A stretch of DNA of 64,000 bases, from the NCBI GenBank assembly GCA_001949185.1, contig BDGG01000014.1, positions 62,001 to 126,000 of the forward strand, written 5' to 3'. This stretch comes from Ramazzottius varieornatus (Eukaryota; Animalia; Tardigrada). The translations under genes were made by a program, and so were the position numbers. The notes beneath the pieces were generated by a model. It searched no databases and was not told the origin of the DNA. It worked only from the letters and a program-made list of their open reading frames with translations. Of this stretch, positions 1 to 11,699 are shown in pieces. How positions within the stretch are numbered: the first letter of the stretch is position 1; every line of letters starts with the position of its first letter.

Positions 1-814
1 TCTGCTTTCAACTTTTTTCTACAGGTTTGGACTTTTTCGTTGCTGTATGAAGCTCGAAAAATATATTCTGCTTATGCAATCTTGCTGAGACGGCATCCTG
101 CTACATGGAAAAAGGAACGATGGAAAAAGGATTTTTGCTGCTTCTCGCTTTGAAGGAAAATTTAGCCATTAGAAGGACGAGTAAGCACAACTTCAAACAT
201 GCGTACGTCCTCTTTGTGCATACAAGCACCCAGTTTTATTCAACTCCCAATTTTAGGTTTTGGTCTTTCGGGTTACGGTTTTTTCCTTCGTCTGTACCTC
301 AGTCTTCTCACCAAAGCGGCACTGATGGCCAGCGGTCAGCGGAACAGCAGCACGCTGCAAAAATCTTCTACGGTGGTTTTGGTGAAATTTGGTGTAATTT
401 GGTGTTTCGTCTCTTCGCGCGAGACGCGTACACGATATTCGCTCAGAAAAAACTGAAACACAGAGGACAGTCTTTCCACCGAAGCCAAGCCTAGGATAAA
501 TTGTATTATCGTCAGTGCGGTCAGAAGAAAATCAGGACGGCCAGGCCTCCTTTTTGAAATTTGGCTTTCATGGCCTGCCAATCAACCGAATTTCGAAATT
601 TTGAAAATTGCCTATTGGATGGACCGGCCTCCGCCACACGGTATCAGCCAATCAAAATCCTGTTTACACAAAGAGGACGGTGGTGTCTGCCAGCAAGAAA
701 ATCATCGTGCTGAAAGTGATAATCTTGGTTAGTTGGTTGGAAGGAGAACAATAGGCTCATTGGGAGCGGATTTGGAATGAGGAAGGTGAAGCACCGGTGA
801 TCGGTCATCATCGG

Positions 815-1273
815 TCATCCCTCGTTGTGATGTTGTGGAATATGAGGTTGTTGAGGAGAGTGAAAAGAGGAGTGAGAAGTCGTGGTAAATTCGGAGGCAC
901 GGAAGTAGCCAAAGAAGGCAAAGCAACAGGCACACCAATACAGACGTTGGACGCCTGGAGGAAGGGATGAATGGCGCAGGGTGGACTTGATGTGAGTCAT
1001 GATTGACATGCTTAAGGGTCGCCGCTGGTCAACCTGACGGGGAAAAAACCGCGAGTAACCTTCCAATGCACAAGACAAGATAAATTTATCGTCGAGGGAA
1101 AGGAGACCATGTTTTCTGAGGGAATTATTCATAGCGGAAAGATAAACATGAATAGTGGAGGACGCCACTTTTTGATGGAACAATGAAGCGATAAAAAGCA
1201 ACACAGATTTGACATCAACAACGCGACTATGATAATCAAAGCAGAACTTTCGAAATTTGCGGAGGCCAGTCAT
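815..1273 (-). pseudogene. Truncated tyrosine recombinase (core-binding domain plus start of catalytic domain)
   Basis: STIHVYLSA, LEGYSR, RRPL and AFFGYFRASE motifs; frameshifted and lacking the catalytic H-x-x-R and Tyr region. Confidence 0.8.
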
Positions 1274-2877
1274 AAGTTCGTCTCGTAGAAGGAGAAATAT
1301 GGTCTTTCAAGAGCTTGTTGACAGTGACTTCGAGCTCCATTTTTCACGCAGGTAGGCAGAATGAAGTGGGGTAAAGAGATCGGGAAGGAGAGCGGGTCTC
1401 GGGTTAGCAGAAAGAGCAAGAGAGCGGAAACGAGAGAGATCGTTACGAAAAAGAGCGTCAGCGATGCCATTGTCTTCATCAGAAAGATGAACAAGGAGAA
1501 TAACAAAATTGTGGGTGGCCGAGATGGAAACGATCTCACGAAGTACCGTAAATGGAGGACGGCGCGGCTTGATGAGCCTAATTTGTTGAAGGCTTGGACT
1601 GCGCCAAGATTATCACACTGGAAGGATATTTGTCGCTTGGTGAAAGGTGAGCACAATAAAGAACAGGCAAATACGATCGGTATCAGTTCAAGAAGCTCAA
1701 TACTGAAGGAAGAAGAGAGGACCCAGCTGGGCCAACGAAGACTAAACCATTCACCATCAAAGTACCCGCCGCAGCCAAGGGTGGCGCTGGCGTTAGTAAA
1801 GAGATTGATGGTGGAAGAATGTAACCATAAAGGACGAATAAACGAGGAAGTGCCGTTCCACAAAGGGAGAAATTTAATCCACCATTCGACATCGAGATGT
1901 ACATCTGGGACAAGATTAAAATGATCGACAGATGGAGTAAATGATGAGAGCAGGATGATTAGCCGCCGAATAAACATCCTGCCACTGGGGGTACATTTGG
2001 ACGCAAACATGAATTGCCCGATGAGGCTCTGAAGTTCCTGACGAGATCACGATGCCTTGTCTTTCCACGAAAAAAGTAACCGAGATAAATTGGATAATTT
2101 GTCAGCTAGGAGAGATAAAGTTCGGTTAACAGAATCAAGCTGAACGCCGAGAAAAGTCATAACTGAAGCGGGACTCTCGGTCTTTTCCTTGGCCAAGGGC
2201 ACGCCCAATTCAGCTCACAGAGAAACGAGAGAATCGATGGCACAGATTAGAGCATAGGGCGTACTTGTGATTATCAAAATACCTTAGTATCCACAAGACT
2301 GCGTCCGAAATCAGACAGAACAGAAAAGGCGAAGACCGTAAGCTAAAAGGCGAAACAATATCAAAGTAAAACTTTCCAGTCGACTCTGTAGCCAAGCGGA
2401 AGCCGGTCGATAGGTCGAAGCGGGATAAACCGAAAAGCGCTTTTGATGTCCAGCTTGGCCATCAGAGCACCTTTGCCCAAGGTAAAGAGATAACAGACGG
2501 TATCACCAATGCGCGAATAATGCATTGAGTAACAATCCTTGTCAATAAAGTCGTTAATGGCGGAACCAACAGGGACAGAGAGGTTGAGGATAACGATAAA
2601 TTTTTCTGAATTCTTCTTAGGAACGACAAATAAAGGGGAACAGATGAGGTTGTCGAAAAGAGGAAGATCAAAAGGACCGCAGGTTTGCAGAGACTCAACT
2701 TCACTGTCGACAGAGGTTTCAAGCATTGTTTTGTGAATTTTTGCGGAAAGAGAGTTGTGCGTAACCCGAGCAGTGCGCGGACCACAGTAACCAATATCGG
2801 CGGCATGTGAAATAATATCCATGACACTGTTTGCGAATGAGGGATCAGGACGAAGAGAAAGGTAATGACCGAAAATA

Positions 2878-3651
2878 TCAGGCTTGAGTGGAGTTTTTAG
2901 CTCCATTGACTTTATACTGTACTTTGGGATGATTCTTGAGATTATGGATGGTGACGCGGAGACGATTGGCATAGCATTCGGAGCAGACGTGACGACGGGG
3001 ACAATTATCTCCGCTGAGACAGAAACCCCTGTTCCAGTTGTAACAGACTTCACCAGGCGCGGCTGTGGCAGCCGCTCTGGTCCGAAAGGGCTGGCTAGAA
3101 GAGCGTTTGAAGCGATGGTCTCTTGTCCAGTTTGGTTCACCACGGGAGAAGCACGAACCTCGAGGAATGGGCTTACTGGTCGAAGGAATGCCCAGACGGG
3201 CGGACACGGATAGTCGGGGCTTGGCATTCTGGTACGATCTCTCGTGTACTCTGCACCTGCTAGCAGTATCGAGCGGTTTGAAATTGGCGTAGCGACGGTA
3301 GTTCTCGTCGTAAACTAACCAAGGTTCATCACGTTCATCCATGCTGGTGATCAGGTCAATGTAATTTAAGAAGGGAAGACAGAACTGTGGGTTCTCCGAC
3401 TGACGATACGCCGCGAACACGATGAAAGCTCGGGTCCATTCAACAATATTCTTGATTTCTTCTCCGGGATTATCAGAGGAAGATCGGCGGTATTGGACTG
3501 ACTGATCAAGATCACGATTGTAAGGTAGTAGGTCACCCAAGCGGACATGTTCTTCCAGGTCTTTGCAACGGCTGGCAAAATCTGTAGTCAAGGTAGGTAA
3601 TTCCACGGCATCCATAATCACGCTGTTGGGATTAGTAGCTGGGAATACCAC
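2878..3651 (-). CDS. gag-like ORF of the DIRS/Ngaro element
   Basis: W..YDENYR motif and C-terminal CCCH zinc finger; overlaps the start of the RT ORF. Confidence 0.75.
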   Translation of the reverse strand: MVFPATNPNSVIMDAVELPTLTTDFASRCKDLEEHVRLGDLLPYNRDLDQSVQYRRSSSDNPGEEIKNIVEWTRAFIVFAAYRQSENPQFCLPFLNYIDLITSMDERDEPWLVYDENYRRYANFKPLDTASRCRVHERSYQNAKPRLSVSARLGIPSTSKPIPRGSCFSRGEPNWTRDHRFKRSSSQPFRTRAAATAAPGEVCYNWNRGFCLSGDNCPRRHVCSECYANRLRVTIHNLKNHPKVQYKVNGAKNSTQA

Positions 3652-3786
3652 AAGATGGGAAGCGACTAGTTGAAAAGTGGGCTTGCCTTTGACACCGCCG
3701 TAGACATTGGAAAAGGAATAACGCTGGGTTGCGGCTAGTGAAGTCGAAGGTTGGGCGCAAAACCAACGTAATGTTCCGCCACATTA

Positions 3787-4060
3787 CCGGGGTACGCCAA
3801 TGTATTTCATTTTATTTTTCGCTACACTTTGAAGCTGTTGAAACGCTTGGGGCGTGAAGGAGGACCTGGAACATGTGTACCCTCGCACCTTGTAGAATAT
3901 TTCTAATTCCGTACGTAGTGTTCAGCCAGCGGTCACCAGTTATATGTCATAGAGAACTTGCCACTACAGGCACACAAAACAATACTGAACCGCCAAAGCT
4001 GCACAGGAAGTGATTTACGGTCAGGTAACCGGGAGCTGCAAAACCGAGTTGTACCCCCGG
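3787..4060. mobile_element. Possible TA-flanked MITE
   Basis: TA|CCGGGGTAC ... GTACCCCCGG|TA; the inverted match is only about 10 bp. Confidence 0.3.
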
Positions 4061-4499
4061 TATTATGAGTGTTAAATCACAGTAGGTCGAACGATCGTCT
4101 ATTCGAAAAAAATTTTTTTGACTCAACTCGGTAGTCTAACAAGCTCGGTTGAAATGTTTTCCTGAGTGAGGTCAGTTTCCACCGGTAAAGTACTGTAATG
4201 CTTCATGAATTTCACCCGCTACGTATCCTTTACAGTAGGTGGTTGGTAGGGCATAATTTTTGGACCGGCGTTCAACTTCACGCGTATCATGGAGCACCGC
4301 GTGAGATTCATGAGCATCACAGCAGGTGTTTTTCCGTTAATCGCACCAATCAAGCAGTTAAAGTTGCGACCACAATTTGCATACTATTTGCAAGTGCTAA
4401 AGCTGATCTTTCCCGCGATCGGAAGCCTGACTGCAACGAATCGGAAAAAAATTTACTACAGATCTTTGAAATCCTTCCAAGAAATTAGTCTCAACCTCT

Positions 4500-4838
4500 G
4501 TTGCAAACACATTGAGCACCGGGCGGGAAACTCACTTTCCTGGCGCACGCTACTTTGTATGTAGCGAGATTCCAGTTAAACTTTTGCTGCTCGGTTTGTC
4601 CCATTTGCCTGAAGAATCAACTTCTCTTCAAACTGCAACTGACGGCTACTGGTCAGTAGCTCTACAGAACTTTCTGGATTTTTTCCCGTTCTTGATGAAT
4701 TTCGTCGTAGCCAGCTAATTGAATTCCATTCAGGCTGTCGGTTGGTTCAGAGTCTCCAAAAAAATTGTCGCTTGAGACCAAACATTTTTGCATCTTGCGA
4801 AAGTTTCAGATTCGTGAAAAGATCTGCCCAGTGGTCAA
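4500..4838 (+). repeat. Dispersed repeat, diverged copy of 63655-63992
   Basis: Colinear similarity from GAGCAC.GGGCGGGAAACTCACTTTCC to GTTTCAGATTCGTG.AAAGATCTGC.CAGTGGTCA. Confidence 0.85.
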
Positions 4839-5360
4839 GACAAAATCATGAAGGTTGGCCGCTTTGACTAGGTAGGTGGCGTACTTTACACCATGTTCCC
4901 AAATTTTAGCCGGTCGAGTAGGTTATGATTGGCCCAATTTGGCGCCGCCCCCTAATTTTGATCAATGAAAAAAAGAGACGTGAGTGATATATTCTCGCCG
5001 CGTATTCTCAAAGTATGAAATCGCGTGATGCTCAAGGTGTTGAGGATACGAGAGCTTGGACGAAGTTTATTATGTTTGAGATGTTAAGAATGGAATTTCT
5101 GTGTATTACTGTATTTATTGGATATCGCTGCATCTTCGTTTTTTTACTGTAAATATTGTTTCCAAATAAAGATGCATAGAAATGGGCTATTTTTGTTTAG
5201 TTGCTGTATTGATAGTATCTCCCCTCTTACATTACTATACCGCACGCAGCAGGCCTTTGCACACCGTACCCTTCTCACTCCCTCGCTGCATTTGACAAGT
5301 TGTACGAAGCACGGAGTGAGACACTTCAGGATGGCTTGAGAGAGCGGAAAACTAATTAGG

Positions 5361-7625
5361 TTAATGCTGATGGTCTGTCAAGTTCACAGTATTGGAGCTG
5401 GATACTCCATGGCCCGGTCTCTCCAGTAAAGCCCCACAGCTTTCGACCTTCGCATCCAGGCCGAGTTCAAGTTGGAGTTGGAATATAAGAATCTGATGGG
5501 TAATGTACGCCGCAACGAGCCGTAAACAGTGAGCGGTCAGCGGAGAACCACGGAGATCGTAAAGAACAATGTGCAGTTCTGCCCATACGTACCCCGAGGA
5601 CAGCTTCGTTTGTGATAGTGAACATCCGCCACGCCGTAAAGCCGATCTGATTGCACGCCAGCTTGTTGAGGAGCGTCTGAATTTGGAGTCCTTCGGATAA
5701 CGTCAGTCTACTCTGATCGATTTTATATGCGTGGGACAGCACACTGTGAGCCTGTGCTCGACACACAAACAACCACTTTCACATCCGGTTCGAAAGATCA
5801 TAGCCAGACACAATTGCTTACCGCTTCATGAAGATGGCTTCCGGCGTATAACACGATTAATATTTGCAGAGCATAAGTGAGGAACCAAAAGAACTGCGTC
5901 AGGAAGTACATGTAATCACACGATGAACCCAAGGCATAGGCTTCGTAAACCTGAAGGAGCATCTGAACAATGCCGCCACCGAGTATTAACAGAATCCACG
6001 GAGAGAAAACGTTCTCCGCTAGCTCCACAAGTTCGCACAAGCAGACATGACGCAGCCGATACCACTCCAGTGTTTGACTAGCCGTGACCTTCGTAGAACC
6101 ATTCAAAGCTTCGACTTCCTTGGCAAAATCGGCAGCCAAATGACTAAACTCGATCACCAGAGCATGGCATATCAATAAGAAGAAATAGCATGGAATGATG
6201 TATACAAGGGCGCTGATGAGGGACCCAAAATAACTCAGGATCGTTAGACCGATATTATTGGTAGAGCTAAATCTTTCATTCAGTTGCGATCCAATAAGCT
6301 CATATTCTGGAACGGGGATGAAAAACGGTCCGGTGATGGATATGATTTCCGCGATCAAATGGAGAAGCGCCATGCAAATGATGATATTGCGTCGCTTGAT
6401 AAAGTAATGAGAAAACGTAGGGCAAGTCCCAAGGACACAGGGAAAGCGCAGACGTCCCCAGCTGATGAGGTATTTGAACATACCGGCATCATATGACGCG
6501 AAGCAACCTCGGACGAAGAGGAACTGGATGATGAGAAGTTGGATTACCCAACCGGCATAACTTAAATGGGTGATAATCAGTCCGAGATCCGTAACCGTGA
6601 AATGCAGCTGTTTCAAACCGTAGTTTCAAACTCTTTGGCGAAAAACGGTATGCGTATTTGGACTGTTGGAATTTTGAGTTCCTTGTTCCCGGCGCCGTGT
6701 CCGGCTTCCACTTGGGAGATCGATTGCAGATGCACCTGTAGTTCAAACTCACTTCACCCGAGGTACACATTACAGTCCGGTCGTTCGAAATCCGTACCAA
6801 ATTTTCGCATTTCTAAAACGCGAAAACCATTCAAAGTTCACCACACTGCGCGTCATGCTCAGACAGCTGGTCATCTACCAGTTGATTACTTGCTTACACC
6901 AGTTAAGACAGGGTATAGTGCTTGTGTTATGTACTTTTGGCATTTAGCATGGTATGCTGCATGGTGAATGTTTGGCGGGCTCTGAACTGAAATCCAAAAA
7001 TTTGGTACGGATTTCGAGCGACTGGACTGTACAGACAGACTAAAGAGAGATTCGGGGGGCGGCACCCTAACGGGTACTGGTGCCGCCGAGGGAGGCTAAA
7101 AGGGAAGAAAACGGAAACTGGGATGATGGCAGCGAGTATCCCAAGTTCCCGACCATTGAATTACTCCCTGTGACTCAGAATGCAGCGCTATAGCCTTATC
7201 TCCTTCTTTTGTGACCTACTTTCGCTTCTCCTCTGTCACATTCCATTCACAAGCTCATCACCACCAATTTTGTACTTTGTCCTTCACTGGGCAAAGTTCA
7301 GCAGAGGAGTTCAAACACAAACTTACGAACAAACCCAGCTCCGCAACGACAGATCGTGCCCAAAAATTCCATGTTAGACCACCTGAAGTGGTTTGACATG
7401 GGATAACATGAGGTATCAAGTCGCATGCAAGGTGCATTAGTAAGCTCTGCGAGCATTACGTAATAGCTTCACACCGTATCGGCGGCAACAAAACGTACAG
7501 TACTCACGATTTACGAAACACATCCCGCCCAGGCGCTTCAGCAACGCTAGTGGTCGACACAGCGGATAAAGTTGGTTGCCATCGATGGCGCTTCCAGCAC
7601 TGTGCACGTGCTTTGCTCCTGCCAT
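5361..7625 (-). pseudogene. Gustatory receptor (7tm_7 family), probably pseudogenised
   Basis: N-terminus LYPLCRPLALLKRLGG; large exon to 5822 with YRLRHVCLCELVELAENVFSPWIL; exon 5593-5751 with GFTAWRMFTIT; last exon 5361-5519 with THQILIFQL (TYxxxxxQF-like). There is an in-frame TGA near 6626 and the last acceptor reads GG instead of AG. 5' exons are uncertain. Confidence 0.8.
6773..7029. mobile_element. Tc1/mariner-type MITE in the gustatory receptor intron
   Basis: ~33-bp TIRs CAGTCC(G/A)GTCG(T/C)TCGAAATCCGTACCAAATTTT with TA on both sides (6771-72, 7030-31). Confidence 0.9.
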
Positions 7626-7767
7626 TTTCGGTCAACCTCCCCATTCAAGCGAAAGTCAATTTCGTTACGGTGGGAGGAAAAGAAACCGGAGACTCGCTCA
7701 GTCTCGAAATTTACAGAAATCTTCCGTTTAACTTTGCACTGAACAGTATCCTGCTGTACTGGGACGA

Positions 7768-10700
7768 TAATAACCTTTATCTGTCCGACTGCTGTGCCAG
7801 ACAAAGCGTTTACAGGACAAATTCGAAGAAATGTGGCAAGAAAGCCGTAGAAACAGAGAGCTATACAAAAGTATAGTGGACATTTAAACAAATAACGAAG
7901 GATCGATAAAATCTTTGCACCATTTCGTATTGGAGAATCTGAAGGTCACCAGATAGTTCTTAAAGGCACCAACAGAAAAAAGTTGACCAGGACTAGGGCA
8001 GAAGAGAGGATCTTTGAGAATCTCTACGGCTACGTAGGCGAAAGAGGCTATTGTCGAGTCGTAGGCGAAAGGGTCTATCGACAGGACGCTGGCGCAAAGC
8101 TTGCGGGCGCCAAAAGAAATTCTTTGGCCTGGCTTCTTGTTGTCCTTCCTGGCATGTCTCTCTTCAAGATGAGCTGGCCACCTGCAAACATTCCCTTCCA
8201 GATCTTAAATGCGTTCAGTAAAATACCTTCCAGTCTTCTTTGCCACAATGGATGCCAGCCTACTTCAGCCAGGTGTTGTCGGTACTGCCGGAAGTCCACG
8301 TCATGCCGCTCGTTGCCTTCCAAACAGCCAAAGCGAATTGTCTGCAGGAACTTCTGAATATTCCCGAGCTTCTTCTGCAGACCCTTTCCCGTACTGTGCC
8401 ACGACGACGCGTGGTCCATCACCGAGCGGACGATACTCTTGAAGAGCAGCTGCTTCACCACACCGAAGCGCCGCGGGAAGAAGGCTTTGATCGCGTAGAG
8501 TCTTTTTCTGCATTTGGCAACTACTTTGTCCACTTGTCCGGTCCAGTCTAAGCGGCTTGAGAACGTCACTCCCAGGCACTCGGCTTCTTCTTCAGTTGGA
8601 ATGGCTTCTCCGTTGAAGTTGTAACTTCCGGTTGGAATGGCAGTCTTGAAATTCTTGTTGGAAATTCGGAGATGCTGGGACTTCTTTGGATTAATGTCGA
8701 GGCCGACTTCTTCGCACCACTTCGTCAGGCTGTCCAGGTCTTTCTGCAGGGCGAGGCAGTCTGCTTCGCTGTTCACCTTTCGGTAGAGAACGATGTGATC
8801 TGCATACTGGAGAACCTTCGAGCTGACCACTCCAGACAGGCCATTGACTGCGACAGTGAAGAGGACAGGTCCCAAAATCGAGCCTTGAGGAACTCCAGAC
8901 TTAACTTCACGCTCTCCTGAAAAGAAACCATCAACCATTACCCGCTGACTTCTGCCTTTCAAATAGTCAGAGAAAAGCGCCAGGAGACAGCCATCCACGC
9001 CATGCTTGCGAAGGCTGTTGACGATGACGTCATGCGGTAGCCGATCGAAGACTTTGGTGCAGTCCAGAAAAATGACGTCAGCATCTTTTCTCTCCAGAAG
9101 AACTTGAGCGAAGTGGTGGGACATCTGCAAGAGCTACATCTCCGTCGACCGATAGTGCCTAAAACCATACTGAGAATCAGAGAGGAGCTTGTTGGAAATG
9201 AAGAAGCTGCTCAGGTGCTCGGAAAGAATCTTTTCGAAGAGTTTGGATAGTGGTGGGAGGAGCGAGATCGGACGAAAGGCGGAGCCTCCTTTTTTTGGCA
9301 CGACGACGACGTCTGCCATCTTCCCGGATGTTGGAAACTTCCCTGACTGGAGTATCAGGTTGAAAAGTCTTGACAACGGGTAGATAATGGACGTGCCCGC
9401 GATCTTAAAAAGCCGATCCGTAATGAGGGAGGATCCGGCTGCTTTGTTGGCGTCTAGCTTTCGAATGTTGCTCAGAATGGTGGAAGTGGAAATGTGGAGT
9501 TCAGGGCAGTGGACTGTGGAAGGTGAAGTTAGACGGCACGCAGATGGAGTTTGGCTTTCTTTGCAGTGGACTGGACATTCGACGTACTCTTTGACGGAGA
9601 CGTCGCTGATGTGAACTGCTTTATCTTGAGCATGGACGAGATACCTGTCGACGCTACCTGGGATCGGGATGGGAGGGATAGGACTGGAGACGGTGTTCTT
9701 CTTCACATACTGCCAAACTGCTCTTGGATTTCTTCTGGACGAGCCAGCGACGATGCGGAGTTTGCGGTACCTGTCAGCGTGAATCATCTTCTTGCAGCGA
9801 GTCTCCATCTCTTTCCAAGCATCGAGGTCTTTTGGATCTTTGGTCCTTCTCCATTTGTGAAATGCTCCTCTGGACTTCCGTAGACTCTCACCAGTCGTAG
9901 CCGAAAGGGAGGGACGTAGAAGGCGTTTGGATCCGACGGACTTCAGCTGAAAACAATCTTTGGCTGCGGCAAGAAACAATTCCTGAAACGATCCCACTGC
10001 TACGTCACTGTTACACTGGAGATCAAAGAAGCCGTTCCAATCAATGGAAGACGGGCGTTGGCGAAACTTTCTGGCTCCTTCGTCATCCACTTTCCAGATC
10101 TTCCTTGGCTTTACTGTCAACTTTGGTGTCATAATCTCTAGGCTGAAGCGGATACCATGGTGGTCATTCGTGGCTGCAGGTGGCTTTATGATTCTAACTC
10201 CACGAACCAGGCCGGTCTGAGAAGCAAAGATGAGGTCCAGCGATGAACTGCTGCTGTCGTAGGTAAGGAGGGATACGTTCCATGGAGAGGCGCAGCTTGC
10301 TGAAAACCTCGACGTCATAGCCAGGAGCGTAGACTACCCCCAGTAGCAGGTTAATTCTCAGAGCTATGAGCTTCACCCACAGCACCTCGAGGCCAGCTAC
10401 CTCTAGCTCTTTCATCCGGATGATCTGGATATCTTTCTTGACTGCCAGCGCAACTCCTCCTCCAGAGTTTTTTTTACAGTTCAAACGATCAAGTCGCTCA
10501 AGCTTGAGTTGACCGAGATCGCAGAACGTACAATCAACCGTAGTCTCGTCCGCCATGGTCTCGACGAGTGCCATAACATCCGCTTGGCCTTCTTCCATCC
10601 ACTTCTTGACTTCTTCGCTCTTGCACCGGATACCGTTTACGTTCGCGTACCGGACAATCAGCTTCCTCCCCACTTCTCCCTTGTACTGCGGCATAGGCAT

Positions 10701-10900
10701 AGCGATCGTATTGAGATACCGAGAAGTAGACAAGGTTGTGCGAATGAAAGACTCATTGAACGTGACCGAAGTTATACCGCTATTTCCGATGCTTTTGCGA
10801 TCCGATGGTGGGATACATTCTACTAGGAATGGAAGGCACTGACTCGAAAGATCCGAAGAAAGGCACAGAAGACAATTACAAGAACAACGCGGTGCATCCG
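7768..10900 (-). mobile_element. CR1/L2-group LINE, ORF2 (APE endonuclease + RT), inactivated
   Basis: EN motifs YANVNGIR, ALVET, GGGVALAV, GVVYAP, LDLIF, NDH; RT motifs FRPISLL, QYGFR, GVPQGSILGP, YADH, LGVTFS. Deletion/frameshift near 10255 and stop at 9134. The 3' end is defined by identity with copy 2; the 5' end is approximate. Confidence 0.93.
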
Positions 10901-11699
10901 ATAGGCATGACAAATCGAAGCAACCATCATGGAGAAGTACACGGATTATTTGCGTTTACCAAGAGAAATACTGTTTTGAACCAAAAGAAATACTGATCGA
11001 AAGCTTGTGGGAATGGATAAACAGCACCAGAACAACCGTAAGCACTTCGCTTCATGCCTCCCATTCGGCAAGTGGGAAGAGAGACTCAGTAAGCCACTAA
11101 TAGACTTTAGTAGCGGGGTTGATGGTGGTCAGATGACAAGTTCTCAAAAAAGCACCTTGAGTGTACGGATCCGCCTTGAATGACTTGCGGCAATTCCCGA
11201 TCCCTTCTGTGATCGCATCAGTCCCAGAGCTGTTGTGCGCGGAAGTCTTTGTTCAGGTAGCTGGTACCTATGTAGTAGTCTTTAACATTAAACGGAACCA
11301 AAATAATGCTTTCGAGCAGGTATAACCTGTACATACCGGTGCACAAACGACGGAAAGCGCGATCGAGGTAATCGAAAGTTCGATGGTAGGGATGCCATTG
11401 GAAAAGCCGAGCAGACAAACGGAAACATCCGAAGACGTGCCACGACTGAATAACGGATAATTTGCGATGAGTAAACGTACAAGTCCATGTTAAACATGAG
11501 TATTGAAACTTTCGATATCAGCGATCATAAACAAGAGATTTACCAGCATATCAACGAGAGAACTATAGTCAGGACCGACATCTGCAAAAAAAGTAAAAAA
11601 TACAAAAGGGTGTTGACGGAGAACCTCTGAGCAAAACATCTTCAACGAACAGTTCCCGAAATAAGAAAACGTGCGAGTAAAAATGGTAAAAGAGAAAGA

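Larger units (their letters stand above)
720..3700 (-). mobile_element. Decayed DIRS/Ngaro-type tyrosine-recombinase retrotransposon (gag, RT/RNase H, YR)
   Basis: Minus-strand order is gag-like ORF 2878-3651 (CCCH finger CYNWNRGFCLSGDNCPRRHVC), RT (SPLFVVPKK, MAKLDIKSAFRFIP, PFSLRSSP, TFLGVQLDS), RNase H (LFTNAS..GCGG, IELLEL, CDN) and YR at 815-1273 (FAFFGYFRASE). ORFs overlap and carry many frameshifts and stops. The YLDD region is eroded and the YR is truncated near 720. Ends are approximate. Confidence 0.9.

Noticed and set aside
1361-1924. 187-aa plus-strand ORF
   Set aside because: Antisense shadow of the retroelement RNase H region
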